Source: an uncultured Fibrobacterota bacterium (GTDB lineage: Bacteria > Fibrobacterota > Chitinivibrionia > Chitinivibrionales > FEN-1185). From it: 64,000 nt of DNA. Below the pieces are notes generated by a model that was not told the DNA's origin, searched no databases, and saw only the letters and a program-made list of their open reading frames with translations. A program made the position numbers and the translations under genes. Each line of letters begins with the position of its first letter. Position 1 is the stretch's first letter. The DNA lies in assembly GCA_963753345.1 (NCBI GenBank), contig CAVWBU010000040.1, positions 29,117 through 93,116 of the forward strand. The letters run 5' to 3'. This document shows, one piece after another, positions 47,601 through 56,869 of this stretch.

Positions 47601-50600
47601 GCCGATTGGTATGTGCCGCTTCAAGAGAAGTGCGAGCCAGGGGAAAAGGCTGCGTTTTTAATCGGGTCGGGTTACGAAGACGTCCATGTGCTTTACGAAA
47701 TAGAACACAAAAACGAGATCGTTGCGCACCAATGGATCAGGCTTTCCAAAGAACAGAAGCGCATCGAAATCCCGATCGAGGAGAAACACCGGGGCAACCT
47801 CAGCTATCATCTCACCTTTGTGCGCAATAACCGGAGCTTCCAGCACAGCGGAACAATTGTCGTTCCCTGGACAAACAAGATGCTCGACATTTCGTTCGAA
47901 ACCTTCCGCAGCAAGCTCGCCCCCGGTGAAAAAGAGGAATGGCGTCTGAAAATCGCGGGGAAGAACAAAGATAAGGTCGCCGCGGAAATGGTGGCCGCGC
48001 TCTATGATGCGTCGCTCGACGCGTTCAGAGCAAACTCCTGGCATTTCAACATCTGGCCCAGTTACTCGCCAAGGCTAGAGTGGATCATCAACCGTTGTTT
48101 TGAAGCAAGAGCAGCACAAACACATGCAAACGGCTGGAACGACTTTCCGGGGAGTCCGTTTCGCAGGTATCCGTATCTCAACTGGTTCGGGTACAATTTT
48201 GAGGGGAGCTATTATCAGGGCTTGGGTATGGGTTACGGCGGACGTTTCGGCGGGGGCGGTGCACCTCGTTTTGTTAAGGGGGGTGCGCTTAAGAAATCTG
48301 CAGAATTGATAGACAAAACGGAATTTGCCCCACTGGCTGCATCGGTGCAGATGGAAAAAAGCAAAACGTTTGTATTTGATGACGCAGAGCGCCAAATTAC
48401 AGCGAAGGAGGCTTCTGGCGTAGTTGAGGGATCAACAAGGCCGCAAAAACTGGGGGATGACAACAAAGCCCCGCCCAAAGAAGACCTCTCCAAAGTCTCC
48501 GCCCGCATCAACCTCAACGAAACCGCCTTTTTCTACCCGCTGCTCGAAACAAACGAGAACGGCGAGATCATCGTCAAATTCCAGATGCCCGAAGCGCTTA
48601 CCAAATGGAAAATGCTCGGTCTCGCGCATACCCAGGACCTTAAATACGGGCAGTGTACAAACGAGCTTGTCACGCAGAAAGACCTCATGGTGATGCCCAA
48701 TCTGCCCCGGTTTTTCCGTGAGAACGACAAAATCACCCTTACCGCCAAAGTTTCAAACATGGCGGAAAAAGATTTGACCGGCACTGCGCAATTGTTTCTG
48801 TTCGACGCAGCGACTGCGAAACCGTTCGACGAGGCGTTTAAGAACAGCGCAGCGCAGATTTCGTTTACAGTAAAGAAGGGCCAGAGCGCACCGCTTGCGT
48901 GGGACCTTTCGGTCCCGGAAGGCATTGGCGCCGTGACCGTGCGGGTCGTTGCAAAATCGGGCAGCTTCAGCGACGGCGAAGAGCAGATCGTGCCGGTCCT
49001 CACCAACCGCATGCTGGTCACCGAAGCCATGCCGCTTCCCATCAGAAAAAAGGAGACCAAGAAATTCACCTTTAGCAAGCTTGTGTCGCAGAACAACGGC
49101 TCGACCACGCTGCGCAATTACAAACTCACGCTCGAATTCACCTCCAATCCCGCGTGGTATGCCGTCCAGGCGCTCCCCTACATGATGGAATATCCCTACG
49201 AATGTGCGGAACAGACCTTTGCACGATTCTACGCCAACAGCATCGCTTCGTTCATCGCCAATTCCAGCCCGCGCATCAAGCAGGTGTTCGATGCCTGGAA
49301 GAATTCTCAACCCGAAGCGCTGCTTTCCAATCTGGAAAAGAACCAGGAGCTCAAGTCGTTGGTGCTCGAGGAAACGCCCTGGCTGCTTGACGGAAAAGAT
49401 GAGAGCGAGCACAAAAAGCGGGTGGCGCTTCTCTTCGACCTCAACAAAATGGGAAACGAAAAAGACCGCGCGCTGTCGCGGCTCAACAAATTGCAATTGG
49501 GCAACGGCGGCTGGCCGTGGTTCGAGGGCATGCCCGACGACCGCTACATCACCCAGTACATCGCCATCGGCATGGGCAGGCTCGACCATCTCGGCATGAT
49601 CGGCTTGCGAAAGGACAACGCCCTGTGGGACATGATGCAGCGATGCCTGCGCTATTGTGACAACCGGACGCGAGAAGACTACGAGGAAATTCTGGAAAAC
49701 ATCAGGCGCTACGGCGGCAGCCTTGATTCAAATCATCTGAGCGAGATACAGATCCAGTATCTGTATACCCGCAGCTATTTCAAGGATGTGGAAGTAGCAC
49801 AAAGTAATAAGACCGCTTTCGATTACTTCGTGGGTCAGTCAAAACGATACTGGCTGCGCAACAGGCGTTACATGCAGGGCATGATCGCGCTCGAACTCAA
49901 CCGTTATGGCGACCAGGACGTTCCGCCGAAGATCATGAAATCCCTTAAGGAAAATTCTCTCACCAACGAAGAAATGGGAATGTATTGGAAAGAAATGTAC
50001 GAGGGCAATGGTTACTGGTGGTGGCATCAGGCGCCCATAGAGTCGCAGGCGCTTTTGGTGGAGGCGTTCGACGAGGTAACGCATGACACGGTTTCCGTGG
50101 AAGACCTGAAGGCCTGGCTCCTTAAAAGCAAGCAGACACAGAACTGGCAGACCACCAAGGCCACGGCCGAGGCGTGCTACGCGCTGCTGTTGCGCGGAGC
50201 AAAGTGGCTCGAACAGCCGTCTACAGTGTCGATCACGCTCGGTGACGTAAAAATCGATGCCGCAAAACCGGGCGGCGCCTCGCCCGAGGCGGGTACGGGT
50301 TATTTCAAGACCTCATGGTCAGGCTCCGACATCAAACCCGCAATGGGCAACATCTCGGTGACCAAAGGTGAAGCCGGCGTTGCCTGGGGCGCCGTGTACT
50401 GGCAGTATTTCGAGCAGCTTGACAAAATAACACCCCACGAGACGCCGCTCAAGCTTGCTAAAAAGCTCTTTCTGGAGGAGAATTCACCTACCGGTCCCAA
50501 AATCACGCCCATAACCAGCGCCACGCCGCTCAAACCCGGCGATAAAATAAAGGTCCGCATCGAACTGCGCGTTGACCGCGACATGGAGTACGTGCACATG

Positions 50601-50870
50601 AAGGACATGCGCGCGTCCGGGTTCGAGCCGCTCAATGTGTTCTCCGGATACCGCTGGCAGGACGGCCTCGGCTATTACGAAAGCACGCGCGACGCGGCCA
50701 CCAACTTCTTTTTCGGGTCGCTTCACAAAGGAACATTCGTCTTCGAGTACCCCCTTGTCGTCACGCACGCGGGAGACTTCTCAAACGGCATCACCACCAT
50801 CCAGTGCATGTACGCGCCGGAGTTTACGAGTCAGTCTGAGGGAGTGAGAGTGAAGGTGGAAAAGCAGTGA
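44649..50870 (+). CDS. Bacterial alpha-2-macroglobulin family protein
   Basis: 2073 aa; FTDRAIYRPGQ, YKRPKFEV, NLNETAFF, PRFFREND, thioester YPYECAEQ, QLGNGGWPWF, CMYAPE. Confidence 0.95.
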   Translation: MITVCLLRRTIAVVCPMLFAFSLSCSAGVKSAPGNGEKYAGSWKAIDSLANQGLTQSALDAIDTVYKKARAASNADQTIKAIIYRMRFQSYKEEDAFVKTLDRLNEELKTAEFPVGPMLHSMLAECYWHYYQNNRWRFSNRTQTEKFERRDIHTWDLATIMEAMTAEYELSIKEADALKNMPLTRYGEIIADRSADSRLRPTLYDFLAHRAVDFFSLDDGDLTRPAFEFTLNSSDYFKPFDEFIALAITSQDTASLKFHALRLLQKLVAFHANDRDCAALVDADLKRLAFVRQHAVVPGKDSLYLKALEKLEQRFSGSPSSAEVTYQIALLHRERASTYQHRIAEQYRWTNKTALALCEKAQAAFPGSYGARQCANLASRIREKSMNFTTEYVNVPGKPFKALLQYKNVPKVFWRLVSIELEQYEKLIKHNYYGDSLVIKLANLKPLKSWSLVVPDPGDYQGHSVELDVPAAPVGHYLILAASDPDFKVAKQAICYGTTQISTISYIDRPQPDGGREYYMLDRTLGSPLKGVTAKLWAQVYDDKIREYRKVLKGTYVSDAEGNVRIPPRQNEWTSCSIEFLYGKDRLLPDETYYLNRYGKPPRQTRTMTHFFTDRAIYRPGQTIYFKGIMLRTDGEKNEIAPGVNTTVTFYNVNSQEVAHLDLTSNAYGSIHGSFVAPTGTLNGQMYIAGTNGRVGFSVEDYKRPKFEVTMDPFKGTKRLGETIRLQGTAKAYAGSAIDGAKVKYRIVRQARFPDWWWCWWRPARWSSEMEIANGATVTNDTGGFFVDFSAVPDLSVPRSENPTFCYTGYFDVTDITGETRSATGSVNVGYVSLTLSVDLPQQVDKDSAGPFDISTANLNAVFEPAQGNIVICKLKSPPKVYRTRNWTAPDTQAMTRSRHDELFPSDCYDNELDITSWAKSDKVYEASFDTDKDKKLALKGLGSWQQGAYVLEGTTKDADGREVKDIRYFTLFSGKEKSVPYPLADWYVPLQEKCEPGEKAAFLIGSGYEDVHVLYEIEHKNEIVAHQWIRLSKEQKRIEIPIEEKHRGNLSYHLTFVRNNRSFQHSGTIVVPWTNKMLDISFETFRSKLAPGEKEEWRLKIAGKNKDKVAAEMVAALYDASLDAFRANSWHFNIWPSYSPRLEWIINRCFEARAAQTHANGWNDFPGSPFRRYPYLNWFGYNFEGSYYQGLGMGYGGRFGGGGAPRFVKGGALKKSAELIDKTEFAPLAASVQMEKSKTFVFDDAERQITAKEASGVVEGSTRPQKLGDDNKAPPKEDLSKVSARINLNETAFFYPLLETNENGEIIVKFQMPEALTKWKMLGLAHTQDLKYGQCTNELVTQKDLMVMPNLPRFFRENDKITLTAKVSNMAEKDLTGTAQLFLFDAATAKPFDEAFKNSAAQISFTVKKGQSAPLAWDLSVPEGIGAVTVRVVAKSGSFSDGEEQIVPVLTNRMLVTEAMPLPIRKKETKKFTFSKLVSQNNGSTTLRNYKLTLEFTSNPAWYAVQALPYMMEYPYECAEQTFARFYANSIASFIANSSPRIKQVFDAWKNSQPEALLSNLEKNQELKSLVLEETPWLLDGKDESEHKKRVALLFDLNKMGNEKDRALSRLNKLQLGNGGWPWFEGMPDDRYITQYIAIGMGRLDHLGMIGLRKDNALWDMMQRCLRYCDNRTREDYEEILENIRRYGGSLDSNHLSEIQIQYLYTRSYFKDVEVAQSNKTAFDYFVGQSKRYWLRNRRYMQGMIALELNRYGDQDVPPKIMKSLKENSLTNEEMGMYWKEMYEGNGYWWWHQAPIESQALLVEAFDEVTHDTVSVEDLKAWLLKSKQTQNWQTTKATAEACYALLLRGAKWLEQPSTVSITLGDVKIDAAKPGGASPEAGTGYFKTSWSGSDIKPAMGNISVTKGEAGVAWGAVYWQYFEQLDKITPHETPLKLAKKLFLEENSPTGPKITPITSATPLKPGDKIKVRIELRVDRDMEYVHMKDMRASGFEPLNVFSGYRWQDGLGYYESTRDAATNFFFGSLHKGTFVFEYPLVVTHAGDFSNGITTIQCMYAPEFTSQSEGVRVKVEKQ

Positions 50871-50925
50871 CATTAATCAGTTATGATGATCAGATGCTTT
50901 ACCTCAAACCGAAGGAGATTGCCCA

Positions 50926-51387
50926 TTGCTGCACATCTATATTGACGCCGATGCCTGTCCGGTAAAGCAGGAAACATATCACGTCGCCGAGCGCTACGGA
51001 CTCCAGGTTACGCTGGTCGCCAATTCATGGATGCGGATTCCGGAAAAGAAATGGATAAAACTTTTCGTTGTCAACGATCATCTCGACGCTGCTGATGATT
51101 GGATTGTTCAGAATATTGGTGAAGACGATATTGTGATCTCCGGGGATATCCCGCTGGCTTCCCGTTGCCTTAAAAAGGGCGCCCTGGTCCTTGGCACAAC
51201 AGGAAAAGAGTTTACCGATTCGGATATCGGTGATTCGCTGGCGACAAGGGACCTCCTTAAGGAATTGCGTGAAGCCGGAGCCATAGTGGGCGGGCCTGCG
51301 CAATTTCAGAAAAAGGACAGGTCCAGATTTCTTGGGAGCCTGGACCAGATGATCCGGAGAATCCGCCGGAAAACAAGTACTACCTGA
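50926..51387 (+). CDS. yaiI: YaiI/YqxD family (UPF0178) PIN-like protein
   Basis: IYIDADACPVK, DAADDWI, DIPLA, GGP..F...DR..F. Confidence 0.9.
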   Translation: MLHIYIDADACPVKQETYHVAERYGLQVTLVANSWMRIPEKKWIKLFVVNDHLDAADDWIVQNIGEDDIVISGDIPLASRCLKKGALVLGTTGKEFTDSDIGDSLATRDLLKELREAGAIVGGPAQFQKKDRSRFLGSLDQMIRRIRRKTSTT

Positions 51388-51610
51388 TAAGCAATGCTTC
51401 GGCACTTGTTCCTGCAAATGCCTGCCTTAACCGCACGGGTGCTGTGAATGATAAGAAGTGATGGAACGTGCGCCACGTTCGTTCATCACAGTGTTCTTGA
51501 CAGGCGATTATCAACAACTGGCATGACGAAAAACCGCGCTTTAGGTTAATAGTATTTTATAGGGAAGAGCATCCGGGGTCCTGCTTCTCTTGGTATACGC
51601 TGGAGGCGTC

Positions 51611-53080
51611 ATGACCACCCTTTCCATCTTGCTGGCTGTTTTTGGCGGCATGGCAGTGTCGGCAATCGGCGCATTTATCGTTCTGAAGGCCAGGGAAAAG
51701 GCCGCATTCGAACGCGGCGGCAGCGAGGCAGCCGGCCGGCTGTGCGGCCTGCAGGAAAAGGAGGCTGCCCTGACGAGCCAGGTGCAGGACCTTCAGGCGC
51801 GCCTTGCCTTATCGGAAGGCCAGCTTGAGAAGGAACGGGACCGGTCGCTTCAGCTTAATGGCCGCGCCGCATCGCTTGAAAACTCCGCGAGCCGAGTCCC
51901 GCAGCTCGAAAAGGACCTGGCCGAAGCGCGCCGGGACATGTCGCAGAAGCAGACCGAGATTGCGCATCTTGAGACCATGCTTGACAAGGAGCGAAAACAG
52001 ACCGAGGAGAAACTCGCGCTTTTGAGCGGGGCAAAGGAACAGATGAAAACCGATTTTCAGAACCTTGCCGCCATGATCCTCGATGAAAAAAGCGCGAAAT
52101 TCACGGAGCAGAACCGGACGAACATGGACGCCCTCATGTCGCCGATGCGCGACCAGCTTGCCGAGTTTAAGAAGCGCGTCGAAGACGTCTACGACAAGGA
52201 ATCGAAGGACCGGGTTTCACTGTACGTGGAAATCAACAAACTCAAGGAGCTTAACCAGAAGATAAGCGAGGACGCGGTAAACCTCACCAACGCGCTCAAG
52301 GGCGACAACAAGGCCCAGGGAAACTGGGGCGAGCTCGCGCTGGAGCGCGTGCTCGAGATGAGCGGCCTTCAAAAGGGCAGGGAGTACGAAACGCAGGTGC
52401 AGACGCACGACGCCGACGGCGGTGCCTTCAGGCCCGACGTGGTGGTCCATCTTCCGGAGAACCGGCACGTGGTCATCGACTCAAAGGTTTCGCTGCTCGA
52501 CTACGGACGGTTTTGCAGCGCCACGGACGACGCCGAACGCGCGGCCGCACTCACGGACCACATTGCGTCCATCCGCCGCCATATCACCGAGCTCAGCGCA
52601 AAGAACTACGACCGGCTCCTCGAAATCCGGTCGCTCGATTTTGTGCTCCTCTTTATCAACATCGAGGCCGCTTTCCTTACGGCAATCAAGGAAGACGGAA
52701 ATCTTTTCAAGGAAGCATTCGACAAGAACATCATCCTCGTGTGCCCCTCCACCCTTCTCGTCACTCTGCGCACCATCGCCAACGTCTGGCGCTATGAGTA
52801 CCAGAACCAGAACGCCCAGATTATCGCGAAAAAAGCGGCCGAACTCTACGACAAATTCGTGTCCTTCGTCGACACGCTGGAAAGCGTGAGGAACTCCATC
52901 GACAAGGCGTCCGCCGAATGCGAGGGCGCGATAAAGCTTTTGTCAACCGGGAAAGGCAGCCTCGTAAAAAAGGTTGAGGGCTTTAAGGCCCTCGGCGTCA
53001 AGGGCAAGAAGGACCTGTCTGCACGGTTACTTGACGCACCGGAAGATTCTGAGGACAATGCGGGGCAGCGCGAAACGTAA
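51611..53080 (+). CDS. rmuC: DNA recombination protein RmuC
   Basis: NLTNALKGDNKAQGNWGE, RPDVVVHLP, IDSKVSL, SLDFVLLF, PSTLLVTLRT. Confidence 0.95.
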   Translation: MTTLSILLAVFGGMAVSAIGAFIVLKAREKAAFERGGSEAAGRLCGLQEKEAALTSQVQDLQARLALSEGQLEKERDRSLQLNGRAASLENSASRVPQLEKDLAEARRDMSQKQTEIAHLETMLDKERKQTEEKLALLSGAKEQMKTDFQNLAAMILDEKSAKFTEQNRTNMDALMSPMRDQLAEFKKRVEDVYDKESKDRVSLYVEINKLKELNQKISEDAVNLTNALKGDNKAQGNWGELALERVLEMSGLQKGREYETQVQTHDADGGAFRPDVVVHLPENRHVVIDSKVSLLDYGRFCSATDDAERAAALTDHIASIRRHITELSAKNYDRLLEIRSLDFVLLFINIEAAFLTAIKEDGNLFKEAFDKNIILVCPSTLLVTLRTIANVWRYEYQNQNAQIIAKKAAELYDKFVSFVDTLESVRNSIDKASAECEGAIKLLSTGKGSLVKKVEGFKALGVKGKKDLSARLLDAPEDSEDNAGQRET

Positions 53081-53215
53081 AGACCCGCGGCCGAACATGC
53101 GCGGAAAACCCGGATCGCCGCATCCCGGAAAAGAGGATTTTGCGACCTGCCGCCCTGCATGTCACCGTTGCCAGGTCGGGACAAAAAGATGTATATTTGT
53201 TCCGCATCCGTTTTC

Positions 53216-53236
53216 GCACCATTAGCTCAGCTGGTA
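53216..53236 (+). repeat. 21-bp 5' fragment of tRNA-Lys followed by short palindromes
   Basis: GCACCATTAGCTCAGCTGGTA, identical to 53328-53348; followed by CCCGAC-CTAAC-GTCGGG and TGCTCCC-AAA-GGGAGCA. Confidence 0.8.
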
Positions 53237-53327
53237 CCCCGACCTAACGTCGGGATTGGGCTGTGGTGGTTGCTCCCAAAGGGAGCACGAGATTGTACAC
53301 CAGCATCGCTTATTCGATTTTTTTTAT

Positions 53328-53367
53328 GCACCATTAGCTCAGCTGGTAGAGCAACTGACTCTTAATC
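53328..53367 (+). repeat. 40-bp 5' half of tRNA-Lys(CTT); att-like direct repeat
   Basis: 39/40 identical to 58858-58897; stops just after the anticodon loop. Confidence 0.9.
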
Positions 53368-53758
53368 GTCAAATTACCGCCAAAATCCCCGAATTTAGCT
53401 AAATTTCGAAGACCACCGGAAAATAAAGACAAGATTCTGTCAAGATTGGAAGTCGGAAAATCTTCTGCTTTTTATTGGACCCTATTTTTTCACCGCGAAA
53501 AATTAGCTTAGCCCATAACCTGCAACCATGGACATGTTTCGGGCGAAGTACAACAAATATCCCTTTCCCATAGCACTAGCGGTCGGGTTGTTGCCGTAGC
53601 CTGAAACCTTGCCCCCAATTCCTGTTGTTTCAGTTTTTACACAAAACTTCTTCTGTGTATTCCGCTCATCGACATTGCGGGCAGTATCGGCCCATTCCAA
53701 TGTTCATCCTTGCAACTGAGCTGGAGATTATTTTAGATACAGGGATAGGCAAAATAGA

Positions 53759-56206
53759 ATGACTGAAAATGCTGACAACCGTAGAAGAGAGATCCAAGAA
53801 CGGATAACTGCGCTCGACTCCGAGAAAGCAAGGCTTCTGAAGGAATTTACTTCACTTCCGGTTCCTTCCGAATTTCCTTCATCTCTCGGAGCCCCCGCCT
53901 CGGCCGTTCCGCTAAAAACATCTGAAGAGCGCATCGCATTATTTACAAGGCTATTTCGAGGACGCGGAGACGTTTTTGCAAAGCTTTGGGAAAACCCATC
54001 AAAGGGTACAAAAGGATATTCACCGGCATGTCAGGTTGAATGGGTTAGAGGGATATGCAATAAGCCCCACATCAAATGCTCCAAATGCCCGAACCGTGTT
54101 TTCATTCCCTTCGATGCAGCGGTTTCACGCAATCACCTTGAAGGAAAAATCACTGTCGGAACCTATGCGCTCCAGGAAAATGATACGTGCAGCTTTCTCG
54201 CAGCTGATTTCGATAAAGAACGATGGCATGAAGATATACTTGCATATAAAATGGCAGCAAAGAGTTTGGGCATTGACGTATACATCGAACGCTCACGCTC
54301 GGGCAACGGTGGTCATGCTTGGATATTCTTTAGTGAGCCAGTTCCCGCCCATATAGCGCGACAGCTCGGAACCATCATCCTCACTCATGCTGCTGCACAA
54401 AGATATCTCATCAATTTCGAAAGCTACGACAGATTTTTCCCAAGTCAAGACACGATGCCAAAAGGCGGATTCGGAAATTTAATCGCTCTTCCCCTTCAGC
54501 GAATTCCTCGAAAAAGCGGAAATAGCGTTTTCGTCGATGATAATTTCAATCCGTTCCCTGATCAATGGGAGTTGCTACGATCTATCCAACTTCTGGCTTA
54601 CGAGGATGTCACGAATGTAATCCGAAAAAATTCTAATCCTCTGACTTTTAAATCTGATTCACTGCCGATGGATCCCGATGTTTTTGAAGCGAATTCTGTC
54701 CTTGAACCCTCCAACTCAAAAATAAGGGATATTTATCAAGGAGATATTGTCCTGAAATATAAGCAAATGCTCGAATTATCCGTAGAAGGTTTACCTTCAC
54801 GCCTGATTGCTGCATTCAAAAGATCCGCGACTTTCGCTAATCCCAAATTTTTTGAACTTCAGCGTATGCGCTTTTCGACGTGGAAAACACCTCGATATAT
54901 TTGCTGTGCGGAACTTTCAGACGACTATTCTCGGATGATTCTTCCCCGTGGCCTTTTATCACAAATCCTTGATATTGCCCGAACGGCTGGTGCGAATGTG
55001 GTTCTTTCGGATCTGCGAAAAACCTATTCGAAGAAAAAAATCGCTTTCAAAGGAGACCTCGTTTCATCGCAGAAGAAAGCACTTCGCGATCTACTTAAAG
55101 AAGATTCCGGCATCCTTGTTGCGCCGCCAGGGGCTGGCAAAACCGTCATTGCCTGCTCCTACATTGCTAAACGCAAATTGCCGACTCTTGTTCTCGTCCA
55201 TAGAAAGCAACTGGTCGACCAATGGAAAAAACAATTGCTAAAATTTACCAATCTTGTAAAAAAGGAGATCAAAACTTTCTCCAAGGACGGAATTAAGGGA
55301 ATTGTTAATATTGGTATGCTTCAGTCCCTTTCACGGGAAAAAGCAATGGATCGGATAATCGATGATTACGGAACCGTAATTGTCGATGAATGCCATCACA
55401 TACCAGCTGCGTCCTTTGAACCGGTGCTCAGGTGTATCTCTGCAAGACATTTTCTCGGCTTAACGGCAACTCCCTACAGAAAAGATGGCCTTGAGAAAAT
55501 TATCTGCATGCAATGCGGCCCAATCCTGCATACAATGACCGAAACAAGTGGACAATTGCAAATTGTCCGTCGTGTGATTGTGAGAGAATCATCATTTCAA
55601 ATCCCCGGCGAAACAACAATGCAATTACCTCTCCATGAAATCTGGCAGGCATTGACAAATGATGCAGCCCGCTTAAAGCTGATCGCTTCCGATGTAATCG
55701 TTTCCCTTAACGAAGGGAGATTCCCGCTTATTCTTTCCGACAGAAAAGACCATCTCGAAAAGCTGCTCAAGGAAATCCAAATTATGCAAAATAACAACCA
55801 AATGGTCAATGGTTTTATCCTGACAAGTGATACAGGTAAGAAAAACAGAGATTGGATTCTAAGCACGGCTAAAGATCTCTATCAAAAAGGCCAAAAACCT
55901 TTTCTGCTTTCCACCGGTTCGCTGATTGGTGAAGGGTTTGATTTGCCGGAACTCAGTACCCTTATGCTGGCAATGCCGTTATCATTCAAGGGACGGCTTG
56001 TCCAATATGCCGGTCGCCTGCATCGTGAGAGCCCAGGGAAAAGCGATGTCCGCATATATGACTATGTTGACATCAATTTCGGATTAGGAATAACGATGTT
56101 TAGAAAACGGTTGACGACCTACCGGAAGATGGGATATGAGCTGGAAATGCCAGAGAATTCTTTGTTTAATTCGGAAATGAAAAAAAGAAAATTTTCAGTT
56201 CAATAA
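53759..56206 (+). CDS. AEP/primase-like domain fused to SF2 (DEAD/ResIII) helicase (TOTE-conflict-system-like)
   Basis: LFRGRGDVFA, GYSPAC Zn motif, FLAADFD, ERSRSGNGGHAW, GFGNLIALPLQ; APPGAGKT, DECHH, GLTATP, GEGFD, QYAGRLHR. Confidence 0.85.
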   Translation: MTENADNRRREIQERITALDSEKARLLKEFTSLPVPSEFPSSLGAPASAVPLKTSEERIALFTRLFRGRGDVFAKLWENPSKGTKGYSPACQVEWVRGICNKPHIKCSKCPNRVFIPFDAAVSRNHLEGKITVGTYALQENDTCSFLAADFDKERWHEDILAYKMAAKSLGIDVYIERSRSGNGGHAWIFFSEPVPAHIARQLGTIILTHAAAQRYLINFESYDRFFPSQDTMPKGGFGNLIALPLQRIPRKSGNSVFVDDNFNPFPDQWELLRSIQLLAYEDVTNVIRKNSNPLTFKSDSLPMDPDVFEANSVLEPSNSKIRDIYQGDIVLKYKQMLELSVEGLPSRLIAAFKRSATFANPKFFELQRMRFSTWKTPRYICCAELSDDYSRMILPRGLLSQILDIARTAGANVVLSDLRKTYSKKKIAFKGDLVSSQKKALRDLLKEDSGILVAPPGAGKTVIACSYIAKRKLPTLVLVHRKQLVDQWKKQLLKFTNLVKKEIKTFSKDGIKGIVNIGMLQSLSREKAMDRIIDDYGTVIVDECHHIPAASFEPVLRCISARHFLGLTATPYRKDGLEKIICMQCGPILHTMTETSGQLQIVRRVIVRESSFQIPGETTMQLPLHEIWQALTNDAARLKLIASDVIVSLNEGRFPLILSDRKDHLEKLLKEIQIMQNNNQMVNGFILTSDTGKKNRDWILSTAKDLYQKGQKPFLLSTGSLIGEGFDLPELSTLMLAMPLSFKGRLVQYAGRLHRESPGKSDVRIYDYVDINFGLGITMFRKRLTTYRKMGYELEMPENSLFNSEMKKRKFSVQ

Positions 56207-56261
56207 AATCTGCTTCAATCTTTAAATTGCTTCAAATTGTAGGCATATATATATTATCTGC

Positions 56262-56867
56262 ATGCAAAAAGATTCCATCATAAAATTCATGAAATCTCAC
56301 GACGGCTATGCCCGAATGAACGAACTGAAAAATGCCAAGTTCACAACCCGGGATATTGCTAGGCTGGTCAAAGATGGAACACTGGAAAAAATTAAACCCG
56401 GTCTTTACCGTCTTGCCTCGTTCAACACGTCCTCCGAAGAAAACCAGGAAATGGTCGACATCTGCCGTGCATATCCCAAAGCGGTAATTTGCCTTGCATC
56501 CGCTCTCTCTTACTATCATCTGACTACCTATAATCCGGAAGAAATATTCATCGCCCTTCCCCATAATTATCGCCCTCCACAAATGGACTATCCTCCACTC
56601 AGAGTTTTTTATTTCCATGACAGGTTCTATGGATGGGGAATTTCAACTATCAGGAAGAAACATGGGGTGATTAGAATATATGAACCGGAGAAGAGCATCT
56701 GTGATGCATTCAGATACCGCGGCAAGGTCGGTGAAGACCTCGCTCTCGAATCTCTCAGGCGTTATTTCTCAGGCCAAAAACCGGATATCGGAAAACTGAT
56801 AGACTATTCCCAACGTTGTCAAACAAAAACGGTAATGTCTCCTTATCTCAGAGCATTGACTGAATAG
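56262..56867 (+). CDS. Type IV toxin-antitoxin antitoxin, AbiEi family
   Basis: N-terminal wHTH (LEKIKPGLY), VICLASALSYYHLTT, IYEPEKSICD.FRYR. Confidence 0.88.
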   Translation: MQKDSIIKFMKSHDGYARMNELKNAKFTTRDIARLVKDGTLEKIKPGLYRLASFNTSSEENQEMVDICRAYPKAVICLASALSYYHLTTYNPEEIFIALPHNYRPPQMDYPPLRVFYFHDRFYGWGISTIRKKHGVIRIYEPEKSICDAFRYRGKVGEDLALESLRRYFSGQKPDIGKLIDYSQRCQTKTVMSPYLRALTE

Positions 56868-56869
56868 AA

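Noticed and set aside
51400-51415. Sigma-54 promoter upstream of rmuC
   Set aside because: CGGCAC-TTGTTC-CTGC has GG-GC spacing one base too long
53192-53199. Bacteroidetes-type TAnnTTTG promoter before the tRNA fragment
   Set aside because: TATATTTG fits, but it is equally an ordinary -10-like box; a single instance is not diagnostic
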